DNA of 64,000 bases from the NCBI GenBank assembly GCA_964573055.1, contig CAZNIG010000030.1, positions 20,699-84,698 of the forward strand, read 5' to 3'. This stretch comes from an uncultured Dehalococcoidia bacterium (GTDB lineage Bacteria; Chloroflexota; Dehalococcoidia; Lucifugimonadales; UBA2985). The notes under the pieces were generated by a model, which made no database searches, was not told the origin of the DNA, and saw only the letters and a list, made by a program, of their open reading frames with translations. Made by a program: the position numbers and the translations under genes. Of this stretch, positions 26,510 to 36,225 are shown piece after piece; positions within the stretch are counted from its first letter, which is position 1; every line of letters begins with the position of its first letter.

Positions 26510-29461
26510 ATGCCTTATCAAGATATTGTCGTAAAAGGGGCTAGAGAGCATAACCTCAAGAATATAGATGTGGTTATACCTAGAGGGCGGTTAGTTGTGA
26601 TAACCGGTGTATCTGGGTCGGGCAAAAGTAGCTTGGCGTTTGATACGATATATGCTGAAGGTCAGCGCAGATATGTGGAATCCCTTTCCGCCTACGCTCG
26701 CCAATTTCTGGGCCGTATGGAAAAGCCTGATGTGGAGTATATAGAAGGCCTCTCGCCGGCCATATCGATAGACCAAAAGGGGGTGTCTCACAACCCTAGA
26801 TCAACAGTGGGAACTGTGACTGAAATATATGATTATCTTCGGCTGCTTTATGCCCGGGCAGGTCGCCCCCATTGTTATCAATGTGGACGGCCTGTTCAGG
26901 CACAAACAGTCCAGCAGATAGTTGATAGCGTAATGAAACTCACCCTAGGCAGTCAGATTATGGTGATGGCCCCTATGGTGGTGCATCGTAAGGGAGAGCA
27001 TAAGGACATATTCAATGAAGCTAGGAAAGCTGGATACGTACGAGTACGCGTAGACGGTTCTGTCCGAGATCTGTCTGAAGATTTGACACTGAACAAAAAT
27101 AAATGGCACAACATAGAAACCGTGGTCGACCGGTTAGTAATAGACGATACGCTGGATGCGAATCGTCTCTCAGATTCAATTGAACAGGCTCTGAGGCTTG
27201 GGGCCGGAGTGGTTGCGGTGTCGATAGTTAACGGAGAGGATATCGTTTTTTCTGAACGCTTCGCTTGTGTCCATTGTGGAGTTAGCTTGGGGGAAATAGA
27301 GCCACGTACCTTTTCATTCAATAGCCCTCATGGGGCTTGTCCTGTGTGTACAGGGCTAGGCTACAAATTGGAAATAGATCCAGACCTAGTAGTATCTAAC
27401 AGAGATCTAACTTTGTCTGAAGGAGCGATCAGGCCTTGGATGAGAGCAACAGGAGTAGGTCCTCAGTATGCTAGTTTGTTGGAGTCATTGGCTGAAGCGA
27501 ACGGATTTTCTACAAATGTGGCTGTTAGGAACTTGCCGAAGGAACACTTGGACTTGGTTCTATACGGTGACCCAAGCTTACAGGTTGAAATGAGGCATAT
27601 AACCCGACGTGGACGACGATATACTTGGCGGACTAGGTTTGAAGGTGTAATCCCCAATTTAGAACGGCGCTACAGAGATACTGATTCTGATTATATCCAT
27701 CGCGAAATAGAACGTTACATGTCTTCCCGAGCTTGTGAGGCATGCCATGGTCAACGTCTAAAATCCCAATCTTTAGCCGTGACAGTTGCTGGTATAAACA
27801 TAATGCAGATGACGTCCATGACTGTAGATAGGGCGATCGAGTGGGGTGAGAACTTAACTAGAGGCACCGGTTCTAAGGCGAGGAAATCATCTTTACTGAA
27901 TGCTAGGGAACAGATTGTAGCTACACAAATCATAAAAGAGATTTTATCTCGTCTTAAATTTCTAAAGGATGTCGGCTTGGATTATCTGACCCTTGATCGT
28001 ACTGCTTCTACACTAAGTGGGGGAGAGGCACAAAGGATTCGTTTGGCTACTCAGATAGGATCTGGTTTGATGGGGGTATTGTACGTCTGCGATGAACCTA
28101 GTGTTGGGTTACATCCAGTAGATGATAGGCTACTAATTGATACATTGAAGGGGCTTAGGGATATAGGTAATACAGTTATAATTGTTGAGCATGACGAAGC
28201 AATAATGAGGTCTGCTGACTACATTATTGATATGGGGCCTGGAGCTGGAGAACACGGTGGCATGGTAGTAGCCACTGGTACCGTGGAAGAAGTAGCGAGT
28301 CATGAAGATTCCATTACTGGACAATACTTAAGTGGTCGTAGGGTCATAGCTTTGCCTAATCAGCGTCGCTATGGCAATGATAAATACCTGAATGTGGAAG
28401 GGGCTAAGGAAAATAATCTTAAAGGCATAAATGTGTCGATCCCACTTGGTAAACTTGTTTGTATTACTGGGGTATCTGGATCGGGCAAGAGTACTCTTAT
28501 AAATCAAGTTTTGTATAAGAAACTTGCGCAGGTTCTTTATGGCGCGCGAGATAAACCAGGCGAATCAGATGCCATAATTGGTGTCGAAAATATTGATAAG
28601 GTGGTTAATATAGACCAATCGCCTATAGGTCGAACTCCTAGAAGTAATCCTTCCACATATACCGGCGTATTCACATTTATTCGAGAGCTATTTGCTGCAG
28701 TTCCTGAGTCTAGAGTGAGGGGTTATTTACCGGGTAGGTTCTCTTTTAACGTTAAAGGCGGACGCTGCGAGGCATGTGCTGGTGGTGGGTATATACAAAT
28801 AGAAATGCAGTTTCTTCCTAACGTAACGGTTCCATGTGAAATTTGTAAAGGCAAACGTTATAACAGAGAGGCCTTGGAAATTACATTTAAGGATAAAAAT
28901 ATTTTTGAGGTCTTGGAAATGACAGTGTCCGAGGCCCTAGAATTCTACTGGAATTTTCCTAAAGTGAGATCCAAATTAGAGACAATGAGAGATGTAGGCC
29001 TAGGGTACATACGTTTGGGCCAACCTGCTACTACTCTCAGTGGTGGCGAGGCACAGAGAGTGAAGCTTGCTACGGAGCTATCGAGACGGGCGACTGGCAG
29101 GACATTATACATAATGGATGAACCTACTACAGGACTGTCTCTAGAAGATTGTGTGGCTCTCCTAAGGGTGCTACATAGGCTAACCGATGCCGGAAATACA
29201 GTAGTTCTTATTGAACATCATATGGATATGGTCAAGAATGCCGATTGGGTTATAGACCTTGGTCCTGGGGCGGGCGAAAAAGGAGGCTACGTGATAGGTA
29301 CTGGCACTCCTGAAGACCTAGCTCAAAATAAAAATTCTGATACTGGTAAATACCTTGCTAAGGTGTTGGGTGAGAATTATGTAGAAATCCCAGCAAGGAA
29401 GAAAATTAAGATAAGTGGTAAGCGGCGATCTGGGATCGATATCACGACTGCAACGGGTTAG
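26510..29461 (+). CDS. uvrA: Excinuclease ABC subunit A
   Basis: 983 aa with two ABC modules (Walker A 'GVSGSGKSSLAF' and 'GVSGSGKSTLI', signatures 'LSGGEAQRIRLA' and 'LSGGEAQRVKLA') and zinc-finger Cys pairs. Confidence 0.95.
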   Translation: MPYQDIVVKGAREHNLKNIDVVIPRGRLVVITGVSGSGKSSLAFDTIYAEGQRRYVESLSAYARQFLGRMEKPDVEYIEGLSPAISIDQKGVSHNPRSTVGTVTEIYDYLRLLYARAGRPHCYQCGRPVQAQTVQQIVDSVMKLTLGSQIMVMAPMVVHRKGEHKDIFNEARKAGYVRVRVDGSVRDLSEDLTLNKNKWHNIETVVDRLVIDDTLDANRLSDSIEQALRLGAGVVAVSIVNGEDIVFSERFACVHCGVSLGEIEPRTFSFNSPHGACPVCTGLGYKLEIDPDLVVSNRDLTLSEGAIRPWMRATGVGPQYASLLESLAEANGFSTNVAVRNLPKEHLDLVLYGDPSLQVEMRHITRRGRRYTWRTRFEGVIPNLERRYRDTDSDYIHREIERYMSSRACEACHGQRLKSQSLAVTVAGINIMQMTSMTVDRAIEWGENLTRGTGSKARKSSLLNAREQIVATQIIKEILSRLKFLKDVGLDYLTLDRTASTLSGGEAQRIRLATQIGSGLMGVLYVCDEPSVGLHPVDDRLLIDTLKGLRDIGNTVIIVEHDEAIMRSADYIIDMGPGAGEHGGMVVATGTVEEVASHEDSITGQYLSGRRVIALPNQRRYGNDKYLNVEGAKENNLKGINVSIPLGKLVCITGVSGSGKSTLINQVLYKKLAQVLYGARDKPGESDAIIGVENIDKVVNIDQSPIGRTPRSNPSTYTGVFTFIRELFAAVPESRVRGYLPGRFSFNVKGGRCEACAGGGYIQIEMQFLPNVTVPCEICKGKRYNREALEITFKDKNIFEVLEMTVSEALEFYWNFPKVRSKLETMRDVGLGYIRLGQPATTLSGGEAQRVKLATELSRRATGRTLYIMDEPTTGLSLEDCVALLRVLHRLTDAGNTVVLIEHHMDMVKNADWVIDLGPGAGEKGGYVIGTGTPEDLAQNKNSDTGKYLAKVLGENYVEIPARKKIKISGKRRSGIDITTATG

Positions 29462-29484
29462 TATGGTGTATTGTTATGGGTGAA

Positions 29485-29513
29485 TTGTAAGGGTTTTTAG
29501 CCTAGTGTATAAT
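29485..29513 (+). promoter_or_regulatory. Candidate pdxS promoter (TTGTAA-N17-TGnTATAAT)
   Basis: TTGTAA at 29485-29490, an extended -10 TGTATAAT at 29506-29513, and the SD AAGGAGAAAG before TTG 29574. Confidence 0.5.
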
Positions 29514-29573
29514 TTTCGCGTGCTTAATAATATTGAGCCCTGACGGCCATTTTATTGATTAAGGAGAAAGCTT

Positions 29574-30455
29574 TTGGAAAAGGCAACCTGGGGAGTTAAA
29601 ACAGGGCACGCTATTATGCTCAAAGGTGGGGTTATAATGGACGTGGTTGATGTCGAGCAAGCTAAGATCGCGGAGGACGCAGGAGCATGTGCAGTTATGG
29701 CACTGGAAAGGGTTCCGTCCGACATTAGGGCAGATGGTGGAGTAGCTAGGATGTCTGACCCTGAAATGGTTAGCAACATAAAGGCTGCAGTTACTATACC
29801 AGTTATGGCAAAATGCAGGATTGGTCACTTTGTAGAAGCTCAAGTTTTGGAATCTTTGGGCATAGATTACATCGATGAGTCTGAAGTTCTAACTCCTGCA
29901 GATGAAGTGAACCATGTTTGGAAACATCCCTTTAACATTCCGTTTGTTTGCGGCTGTCGCGACTTGGGCGAGGCTCTAAGGAGGATAGCCGAGGGGGCAG
30001 CTATGATACGGACTAAGGGAGAAGCAGGCACCGGCGATATAGTTGAAGCTGTGAGGCATATGAGAACTGTTCAGGCTCAAATCCGCAAAATCGCTTCTAT
30101 GCAATCAAGTGAACTTATGGATGAAGCTAAATCGATTGGCGCCCCACTGAACTTGGTCCAGGGGGTTCACGAAACTGGCAAACTTCCTGTAGTGAATTTC
30201 GCCGCAGGCGGAGTAGCGACTCCAGCAGACGCAGCTTTGATGATGCAACTTGGCGCAGATGGTGTGTTTGTGGGGAGTGGCATATTTAAGGCGAAAAATC
30301 CAGCTAAAGTTGCCGCGGCGATGGTGAAAGCCACAACAAATTTTGAGAATCCAGATATCATTTCAGAGGTTTCTAAAGGATTGGGACAGGCTATGCCTGG
30401 CATTGCAGTCAGGAGCCTTCAGGAGCAGGAGTTACTCGCGACAAGAGGCTGGTAA
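29574..30455 (+). CDS. pdxS: Pyridoxal 5'-phosphate synthase lyase subunit PdxS
   Basis: 293 aa with '[11 protein letters not shown]', '[10 protein letters not shown]' and '[10 protein letters not shown]'. Confidence 0.93.
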   Translation: MEKATWGVKTGHAIMLKGGVIMDVVDVEQAKIAEDAGACAVMALERVPSDIRADGGVARMSDPEMVSNIKAAVTIPVMAKCRIGHFVEAQVLESLGIDYIDESEVLTPADEVNHVWKHPFNIPFVCGCRDLGEALRRIAEGAAMIRTKGEAGTGDIVEAVRHMRTVQAQIRKIASMQSSELMDEAKSIGAPLNLVQGVHETGKLPVVNFAAGGVATPADAALMMQLGADGVFVGSGIFKAKNPAKVAAAMVKATTNFENPDIISEVSKGLGQAMPGIAVRSLQEQELLATRGW

Positions 30456-30456
30456 A

Positions 30457-31038
30457 TTGACACGCATAGGAGTGTTGGCTCTTCAGGGGGACTTTGCAGA
30501 ACATATCGGTGTCCTAAAGGCTTTGGGTGTAGATTGCTTGGAAGTTCGACTGTCGAAAGATTTGGATGGCATAGATGGTCTGATAATTCCCGGCGGTGAA
30601 AGTACTACAATGGTTCATATTATGAAGGCTTTTGATATGACCGCGAAGCTTAAGTCCATGATTCGTCAAGGTGTGCCAACTTGGGGTACATGTGCTGGTA
30701 TGATAGTTCTCGCTAGAGAGCTTACCGATAGCAGGCCGGAGCCTTTGGGCATGATCGATATAAAGGTCAAACGTAATGCTTATGGCAGTCAGATAGACAG
30801 TTTTGAGGCAGATATTTATCCTACACTATGGCCTGACGACCCGTTTAGAGCAGTTTTCATACGCGCTCCAGCTATGGAAGATATTGGAGCGGGAGTTATA
30901 CCCTTGGCCTATCTTGGTTATGACAACGTGGTGGCAGCACGAGAAGCAAACGTACTTGTCACATCATTTCATCCTGAGCTCACAAAAGATGATCGGTTCC
31001 ATTCTTACTTTATAGATATGATATCGGGTGGCCAGTAA
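30457..31038 (+). CDS. pdxT: Pyridoxal 5'-phosphate synthase glutaminase subunit PdxT
   Basis: Carries 'RIGVLALQGDFAEH', 'PGGESTT', the catalytic 'GTCAGMI' and 'FHPE'. I place the start at TTG 30457, just after the pdxS stop. The track ORF from 30343 overlaps pdxS in another frame. Confidence 0.85.
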   Translation: MTRIGVLALQGDFAEHIGVLKALGVDCLEVRLSKDLDGIDGLIIPGGESTTMVHIMKAFDMTAKLKSMIRQGVPTWGTCAGMIVLARELTDSRPEPLGMIDIKVKRNAYGSQIDSFEADIYPTLWPDDPFRAVFIRAPAMEDIGAGVIPLAYLGYDNVVAAREANVLVTSFHPELTKDDRFHSYFIDMISGGQ

Positions 31039-31964
31039 TGATTCGTGAGTTGAGAATTACAGATCTGTTACGGATGCTATTTGGGGCTGGTTACCTTGCC
31101 CAAGACTGGGCTCAACCTTGGGATAAGGTGGGATTGAATATCAAGAAAAGCACACGACTTGATGCAGACACTTGGAAAATGTTGATTGATAAGAATGCCG
31201 TAAAATATAGCTTGCTTGGGGGAAGTAAAGGGGCTGTATCATTGGCCTCCGTGAGGGAGAGGTCTGGGCCTAAGGCGTGGGAGATACATCGTTTGTTGCT
31301 ATCATCAGATGTTGAGGGCGATGGGGTTGAACTATTGGAACAGCTTTGTCCTTTAGTCGCAGCTGGAGGTGGTGAGAGGATGTTTATTCGCCTGAGTAGC
31401 TCTAGCCCGATAGTAGATATTGCGAGGCGAGCTGGTTTTGTCCCTTGCCTGCAAGAAACGCTTTATAGGAAAGATCCGCCGTCATATTGGCGCTCAGGTC
31501 ACAATGATATGCTGGAATCGACGCATTACTGTGATCCATATGACATTTTCCGCCTTTATTCCGAATGCGTACCTTCAAATATAAAACGTGCTTATGGGCT
31601 GACTTTTGACGAATGGCGGGATTCTGCTGAGGCTTGGGGTGCGGATCAGATAAATAGAGTATATCTAGAAGACGGGTCTGTGCTAGGCTGGGCTAGAGTA
31701 ATTCGCAGGAAAAATGCTGTCAACCAAATGGAACTTATGGTCCGTCCAGGGGAGGAATCAGCTATTTGGGACAAAATGATAACTTGGGGACTCCAGCAAG
31801 GGTCAATAGACTTGCCATCGTTTGTAATGGTACCAGACTACCAGTACCCACTGATATGGACGCTAGAAAAAAGAGGATTTATCCCCACCGGAGACTATAT
31901 TGTGATGGTGAAATCCATTGCTATTAGAGTCGATGGTCCCACATATGCACTGGCCGGGGTATAG
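31038..31964 (+). CDS. Hypothetical protein, possible tandem GNAT-fold
   Basis: 308 aa with two segments resembling GNAT motif A/B ('GDGVELLEQL...MFIRLSSSSPIVDIARRAGF' and 'IWDKMITWGL...PLIWTLEKRGF'). The ATG overlaps the pdxT stop (TAATG). The assignment is by eye only. Confidence 0.45.
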   Translation: MIRELRITDLLRMLFGAGYLAQDWAQPWDKVGLNIKKSTRLDADTWKMLIDKNAVKYSLLGGSKGAVSLASVRERSGPKAWEIHRLLLSSDVEGDGVELLEQLCPLVAAGGGERMFIRLSSSSPIVDIARRAGFVPCLQETLYRKDPPSYWRSGHNDMLESTHYCDPYDIFRLYSECVPSNIKRAYGLTFDEWRDSAEAWGADQINRVYLEDGSVLGWARVIRRKNAVNQMELMVRPGEESAIWDKMITWGLQQGSIDLPSFVMVPDYQYPLIWTLEKRGFIPTGDYIVMVKSIAIRVDGPTYALAGV

Positions 31965-31997
31965 GGGAATAACTTGGGGAGACTCTAGAAGTACACG

Positions 31998-33533
31998 ATG
32001 TCGGAATTAGTAGCTCAGGATCAAGATTTAGAGGCGCTAATTGATATTTTGCCCTTGAATATTCAGTCGAAGCTGAGGGATACGGATGGCTTTGGCGATC
32101 TTTTGGAAGTAGTCCTAGACCTAGGGCGTTTTCCAGAAGCAAGATTCCCGCAAGGAGAATATCTTCTATCTGACCGCGAGGTTAGCGAAGTTGATTTGGA
32201 GTATGTAGTGGGTAGGATTGGGAGTTTTGGAGATGACAATCGTGCTGGAATAGAACGTACTTTGCATCGTATATCTGCAATCAGGAATCGTAAAGGGAAA
32301 ATAGTTGGTCTAACTTGCAGGGTGGGAAGGGCTGTTTTTGGTACTACCAGGCTTATAGAGGACTTGGTATGTACGGGAAAGAGCATTCTTTTGTTGGGTC
32401 GGCCAGGCATGGGGAAAACTACCATGCTTCGTGAGGTAGCACGTGTATTGGCAGATGATGCGGGTAAACGTGTGGTAATCGTGGATACTTCTAATGAAGT
32501 GGCTGGTGATGGTGATATCCCACATAGGGCCATAGGGCACTCAAGGAGAATGCAGGTGGCCACTCCAGATCTTCAACACTCCGTAATGATAGAGGCAGTG
32601 GAAAACCATATGCCAGAGGTTATCATTATTGATGAGATGGGTACCGAGCTAGAAGCCTCAGCAGCCCGCACAATCGCTGAGAGAGGCGTGCAATTGGTGG
32701 CAACTGCGCATGGGAATGCCCTCGAAAATCTTGTGTTAAACCCTACATTGTCAGATTTAGTGGGTGGTGTCCAAACAGTTATATTGGGAGACGATGAAGC
32801 TAGGAGAAGGCGGTCACAGAAAACAGTTCTTGAGCGTAAATCTCCACCAACGTTCGATATAGTAGTAGAGATTCAAAGTTGGTATAGGGTAGCGGTTCAC
32901 CTAAATGTTGCGAAAGTAGTGGATTCAATACTTAGGGGCTTTCCGATTGACGCTGAATTGCGTGTTCTCGATGACGCTGGGGCCATAAGGAAATTTACAG
33001 AACCGTCAGCCTCGTCCTCTATAGAGGAAATTCCAGAATCCCCTGTTGGTTCCTTTGCCTTACCTAGCGGCTCGTTAAGTAGGACCAGCGTACTTCCATT
33101 CGGGGTCAGCAAAGGCCGTGTGCATCAGATAACCCAGTCTGCTAATATGCCAGTAGATGTTGTGGACAGGCTGGAAAGGGCGGATATACTACTTACTACG
33201 AAGCAGTTTTTCCGCAAAATGCCAAAGCTGCTAAGAACTGCAGAGGATGCTGGTAAGTCAATTTTTGTACTTAGAAAAAATAACCAAATACAACTTAGAG
33301 ACTTCCTTGTCGGCTTATCTAAGGAGATGGGATGGCAGGATCCAGTTGTAAACGCAATGTCAGAAGCTGAGGAGGCTATTTTGCAATTAAATAATGGAGA
33401 TAGTGATATCGTATTGTCGCCTCAGGTAGCCTACATCAGGAAAATCCAACATCAGATTGCTAATCAACGCAACTTGGCCTCAATAAGTGTTGGCAGGGAA
33501 CCTCATCGTCGTGTAACGATATCCCGCCGGTAG
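31998..33533 (+). CDS. AAA-type ATPase with C-terminal R3H domain (Ycf45/SpoIIIAA-like)
   Basis: 511 aa with Walker A 'GRPGMGKTT', Walker B 'VIIIDEMG' and 'ATAHG'. The C-terminal R3H-like segment is 'LSPQVAYIRKIQHQIA...SVGREPHRRVTI'. Confidence 0.7.
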   Translation: MSELVAQDQDLEALIDILPLNIQSKLRDTDGFGDLLEVVLDLGRFPEARFPQGEYLLSDREVSEVDLEYVVGRIGSFGDDNRAGIERTLHRISAIRNRKGKIVGLTCRVGRAVFGTTRLIEDLVCTGKSILLLGRPGMGKTTMLREVARVLADDAGKRVVIVDTSNEVAGDGDIPHRAIGHSRRMQVATPDLQHSVMIEAVENHMPEVIIIDEMGTELEASAARTIAERGVQLVATAHGNALENLVLNPTLSDLVGGVQTVILGDDEARRRRSQKTVLERKSPPTFDIVVEIQSWYRVAVHLNVAKVVDSILRGFPIDAELRVLDDAGAIRKFTEPSASSSIEEIPESPVGSFALPSGSLSRTSVLPFGVSKGRVHQITQSANMPVDVVDRLERADILLTTKQFFRKMPKLLRTAEDAGKSIFVLRKNNQIQLRDFLVGLSKEMGWQDPVVNAMSEAEEAILQLNNGDSDIVLSPQVAYIRKIQHQIANQRNLASISVGREPHRRVTISRR

Positions 33534-33539
33534 GTATTA

Positions 33540-34187
33540 ATGCCTAGTGGATTGTTTGTCACTCTAGAGGGTTGTGAAGGTAGTGGGAAGAGTAGTCAGG
33601 CTAGACGTCTGCGCGGAAGTCTTAATGGGCTTGGGATACCAGTTACAGTTGTAAGAGAACCTGGCGGGACCGCGTTGGGCGACAAATTGCGTAGGATACT
33701 TAAATTCTCATCTATACCCCTGACCCCTGAAGCAGAGCTCCTTTTATTCAACGCCTCTCGGGCTGAGTTGGTAAGGCAGGTCATTGTACCAGCGTTGAAG
33801 AATGGTCACGTTGTGATTTGCGACCGTTTCACAGACTCTACAGTAGCATATCAAGGCTATGGGAGAGGCCTGTCTTTAGATATTGTTAGGTCAGTAAATA
33901 CAGCGGCTGCTGGTGATCTAAAGCCGGATATCACAATACTCTTGGATATTTCTCCAGAAGAAGGCCTGATAAGGAATACTAGTGCAAGGGATCGTTTTGA
34001 GAGCGATTTTGAGAAGCCAGAGGTAATCGCATTTCACAGGAAAATAAGGCAAGGGTACCTTGATCTCGCTGCTCAGAACCCTCAGGGTTGGTTAGTATTC
34101 GATGCCATGTGTTCTGAAGAAGCTGTGGCTAATCTAATCTGGAATGAGTTGTTACCTAGCCTCGAAAATGCAGGTTACATACGATAA
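33540..34187 (+). CDS. tmk: Thymidylate kinase
   Basis: 215 aa with the P-loop 'LEGCEGSGKSSQ', 'REPGGT' and 'DRFTDSTVAYQG'. Confidence 0.9.
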   Translation: MPSGLFVTLEGCEGSGKSSQARRLRGSLNGLGIPVTVVREPGGTALGDKLRRILKFSSIPLTPEAELLLFNASRAELVRQVIVPALKNGHVVICDRFTDSTVAYQGYGRGLSLDIVRSVNTAAAGDLKPDITILLDISPEEGLIRNTSARDRFESDFEKPEVIAFHRKIRQGYLDLAAQNPQGWLVFDAMCSEEAVANLIWNELLPSLENAGYIR

Positions 34188-34192
34188 CCGAC

Positions 34193-35038
34193 GTGATTAT
34201 AGATTTTCACACTCATATTTTTCCACCAGATATACGAGATCAACGTGAGGAATTGCTGCGCAAGGACAGGACTTTGTCAGAGCTTTATTCTAGGCGTTCA
34301 GCAAGAATGGTTACGGCAGGCGAATTGATCTCGGCCATGGACGAATCTGAAGTGGATGTCTCAGTTGTATTGGGGATTGGTTGGTCTGACAGTGATTTGG
34401 GGAAAAAAGCTAATGATTACGTTATCGAATCCGTAAATAAACATCCTACGAGGCTTCGTGGGTTTTGCTCTGTCAATCCACTTTGGGGAGATAAAGCTGT
34501 AGTACGGGAGATTGAGCGGTGTTCAAAGGCTGGGCTTTCAGGTATAGGAGAGCTACATCCAGACACGCAGGAGTTTGACTTGGGTGATTTGGCTACGATG
34601 TCATCCATCGTGGAAACAGCTGTTCACTTAGATATGCCTATATTGACTCATACATCCGAGCCAATGGGCCACATATATCCAGGGAAAGGTCATACCACCC
34701 CGGATGTTCTGTGGAGGTTTTTACAGAATTTTCCGGACGTTGAAGTTATACTTGCCCATTGGGGTGGTGGATTGCCTTTCTATGCTCTAATGCCTGAAGT
34801 TCTAGATATTCTGAGGCGCGTGTATTTTGATACGGCGGCCTCTCCATTGCTGTATAGGGCTGAGATTTTTGAAATTGTTACATCATTGATTGGTTCAGAT
34901 AAAATCCTTCTGGGCAGTGATTATCCTGTCATTGGTCAGGGTGGGGTTATCAGACAATTACTAAGTTCATCTATTACTGATGAAGCAAAAAACTACATTA
35001 GTTCCTACAATGCCGCCAAAATATTAGGGATATCTTAA
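34193..35038 (+). CDS. Amidohydrolase-family metal-dependent hydrolase (Amidohydro_2-like)
   Basis: 281 aa with the N-terminal 'IIDFHTHIFP' metal-binding HxH, 'ILAHWGGG' and 'LGSDYP'. Confidence 0.7.
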   Translation: MIIDFHTHIFPPDIRDQREELLRKDRTLSELYSRRSARMVTAGELISAMDESEVDVSVVLGIGWSDSDLGKKANDYVIESVNKHPTRLRGFCSVNPLWGDKAVVREIERCSKAGLSGIGELHPDTQEFDLGDLATMSSIVETAVHLDMPILTHTSEPMGHIYPGKGHTTPDVLWRFLQNFPDVEVILAHWGGGLPFYALMPEVLDILRRVYFDTAASPLLYRAEIFEIVTSLIGSDKILLGSDYPVIGQGGVIRQLLSSSITDEAKNYISSYNAAKILGIS

Positions 35039-35667
35039 TGGAACTAATCCGAGCCTTTATAGCAATAGAGGTTTCGAAACTTTTTAAAGATGCTACTCAT
35101 GAAGTAGCGTATGAACTTGCCCGCATTCTTCCTAGTAATACGATAAGGTTTGCTAATTCTAATGCTACTCATATCACGCTAAATTTTATTGGTCAAATGG
35201 ATATAAATGCTGGTCATGCGGTCCATAAAGCTATGATACGATCAGCCTCGGCAGCTTACCCTTTTGAGTTAAGTATCGGTCAACTTGGAGGATTTCCAAG
35301 CAATGAGATGCCTAGGATAGTTTGGCTGGCCTTAGGTGGTGGGTTGGATGCTTTGGGTACGCTGCAGAGGGCTTTATCGGATGAGTTGGAGTCACTAGGG
35401 ATGCAGCGTCAGACAAGCAAATTCAGGGCTCACGTGACGCTCGGGCGAGTGAAGAAAACACTGTCTGCTAGTGGGCGTCGATTGGTGGGAGAGGCTATTT
35501 CTTCTGTGCCAGTCGATTCAAGGGAAAGCTTATCGGTTAGCGAAATATCACTCTTTAGGAGTAAGCTGAGTTATAAAAGAGCCTACTACTCTAAGCTGTT
35601 ATCGGTTGAACTTGGAACTGGGGCATGTCTTCAATATGACGTATCAGAACGGCTTTGTGGTGTGTAG
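35038..35667 (+). CDS. thpR: RNA 2',3'-cyclic phosphodiesterase (2H family, ThpR/LigT)
   Basis: 209 aa with the two H-x-T/S-x motifs 'HITLNF' and 'HVTLGR'. The ATG overlaps the upstream stop (TAATG). Confidence 0.8.
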   Translation: MELIRAFIAIEVSKLFKDATHEVAYELARILPSNTIRFANSNATHITLNFIGQMDINAGHAVHKAMIRSASAAYPFELSIGQLGGFPSNEMPRIVWLALGGGLDALGTLQRALSDELESLGMQRQTSKFRAHVTLGRVKKTLSASGRRLVGEAISSVPVDSRESLSVSEISLFRSKLSYKRAYYSKLLSVELGTGACLQYDVSERLCGV

Positions 35668-35751
35668 TGTCGGGAGTACATTTGTAACTTGCGGGTGAGC
35701 TTGATAGATGCTATACTCCAGCAAGTTTTTTTAGGCAGGGAGGAGGCTTTA

Positions 35752-35967
35752 GTGGAGAACTCAAATCTACCTGGTTGTCAGAAGTGCGCTGTTGGTGACT
35801 TGGTGCCTCTGTCAGATTTCGGAAGTCAAGGAGCACCAATACATTACAAGGCGTGGGTCTGCACAAATCCAGATTGCGGTTTCAACATCAAGATTCGGAA
35901 CGGAGACGTATATATAAACGAACCAATAACCAGTGGCGCCATGCACTCGCCACGGGTTAGGTCCTGA
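35752..35967 (+). CDS. Small zinc-ribbon protein, unknown function
   Basis: The ORF is open from 35689. The strong SD GGGAGGAGG (35738-35746) favours GTG 35752, giving 71 aa. Cys pairs are 'CQKC' and 'CTNPDC'. Confidence 0.45.
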   Translation: MENSNLPGCQKCAVGDLVPLSDFGSQGAPIHYKAWVCTNPDCGFNIKIRNGDVYINEPITSGAMHSPRVRS

Positions 35968-36225
35968 ATGGTAGTAGATACGTATTAGTGGCTATAAAAG
36001 ATAGCGTTGGCGTCTTGCCCTAATACTCTTTTTGCCCCGGTGGGCTCAGAACATATGACGTGTCGCGTGCGTCTAGACCAGAAGTCTATACCGGGCCCGA
36101 TGTGAAGTACATAAACGTGGATTCCCCTCGGGATGCTGTGTGGGGTCCTAGTTTTAGTATATGCAACTTGTCTATAGGTTGTATCTACTGTGGCGCTAAT
36201 AGTCATACGTTGGTTATTAAGGAGT

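Noticed and set aside
30343-30456. An upstream extension of the pdxT ORF that overlaps pdxS by 113 nt.
   Set aside because: PdxT homology begins at 'RIGVLALQGD'. A TTG at 30457 sits right after the pdxS stop, and the extension has no homology-like sequence.
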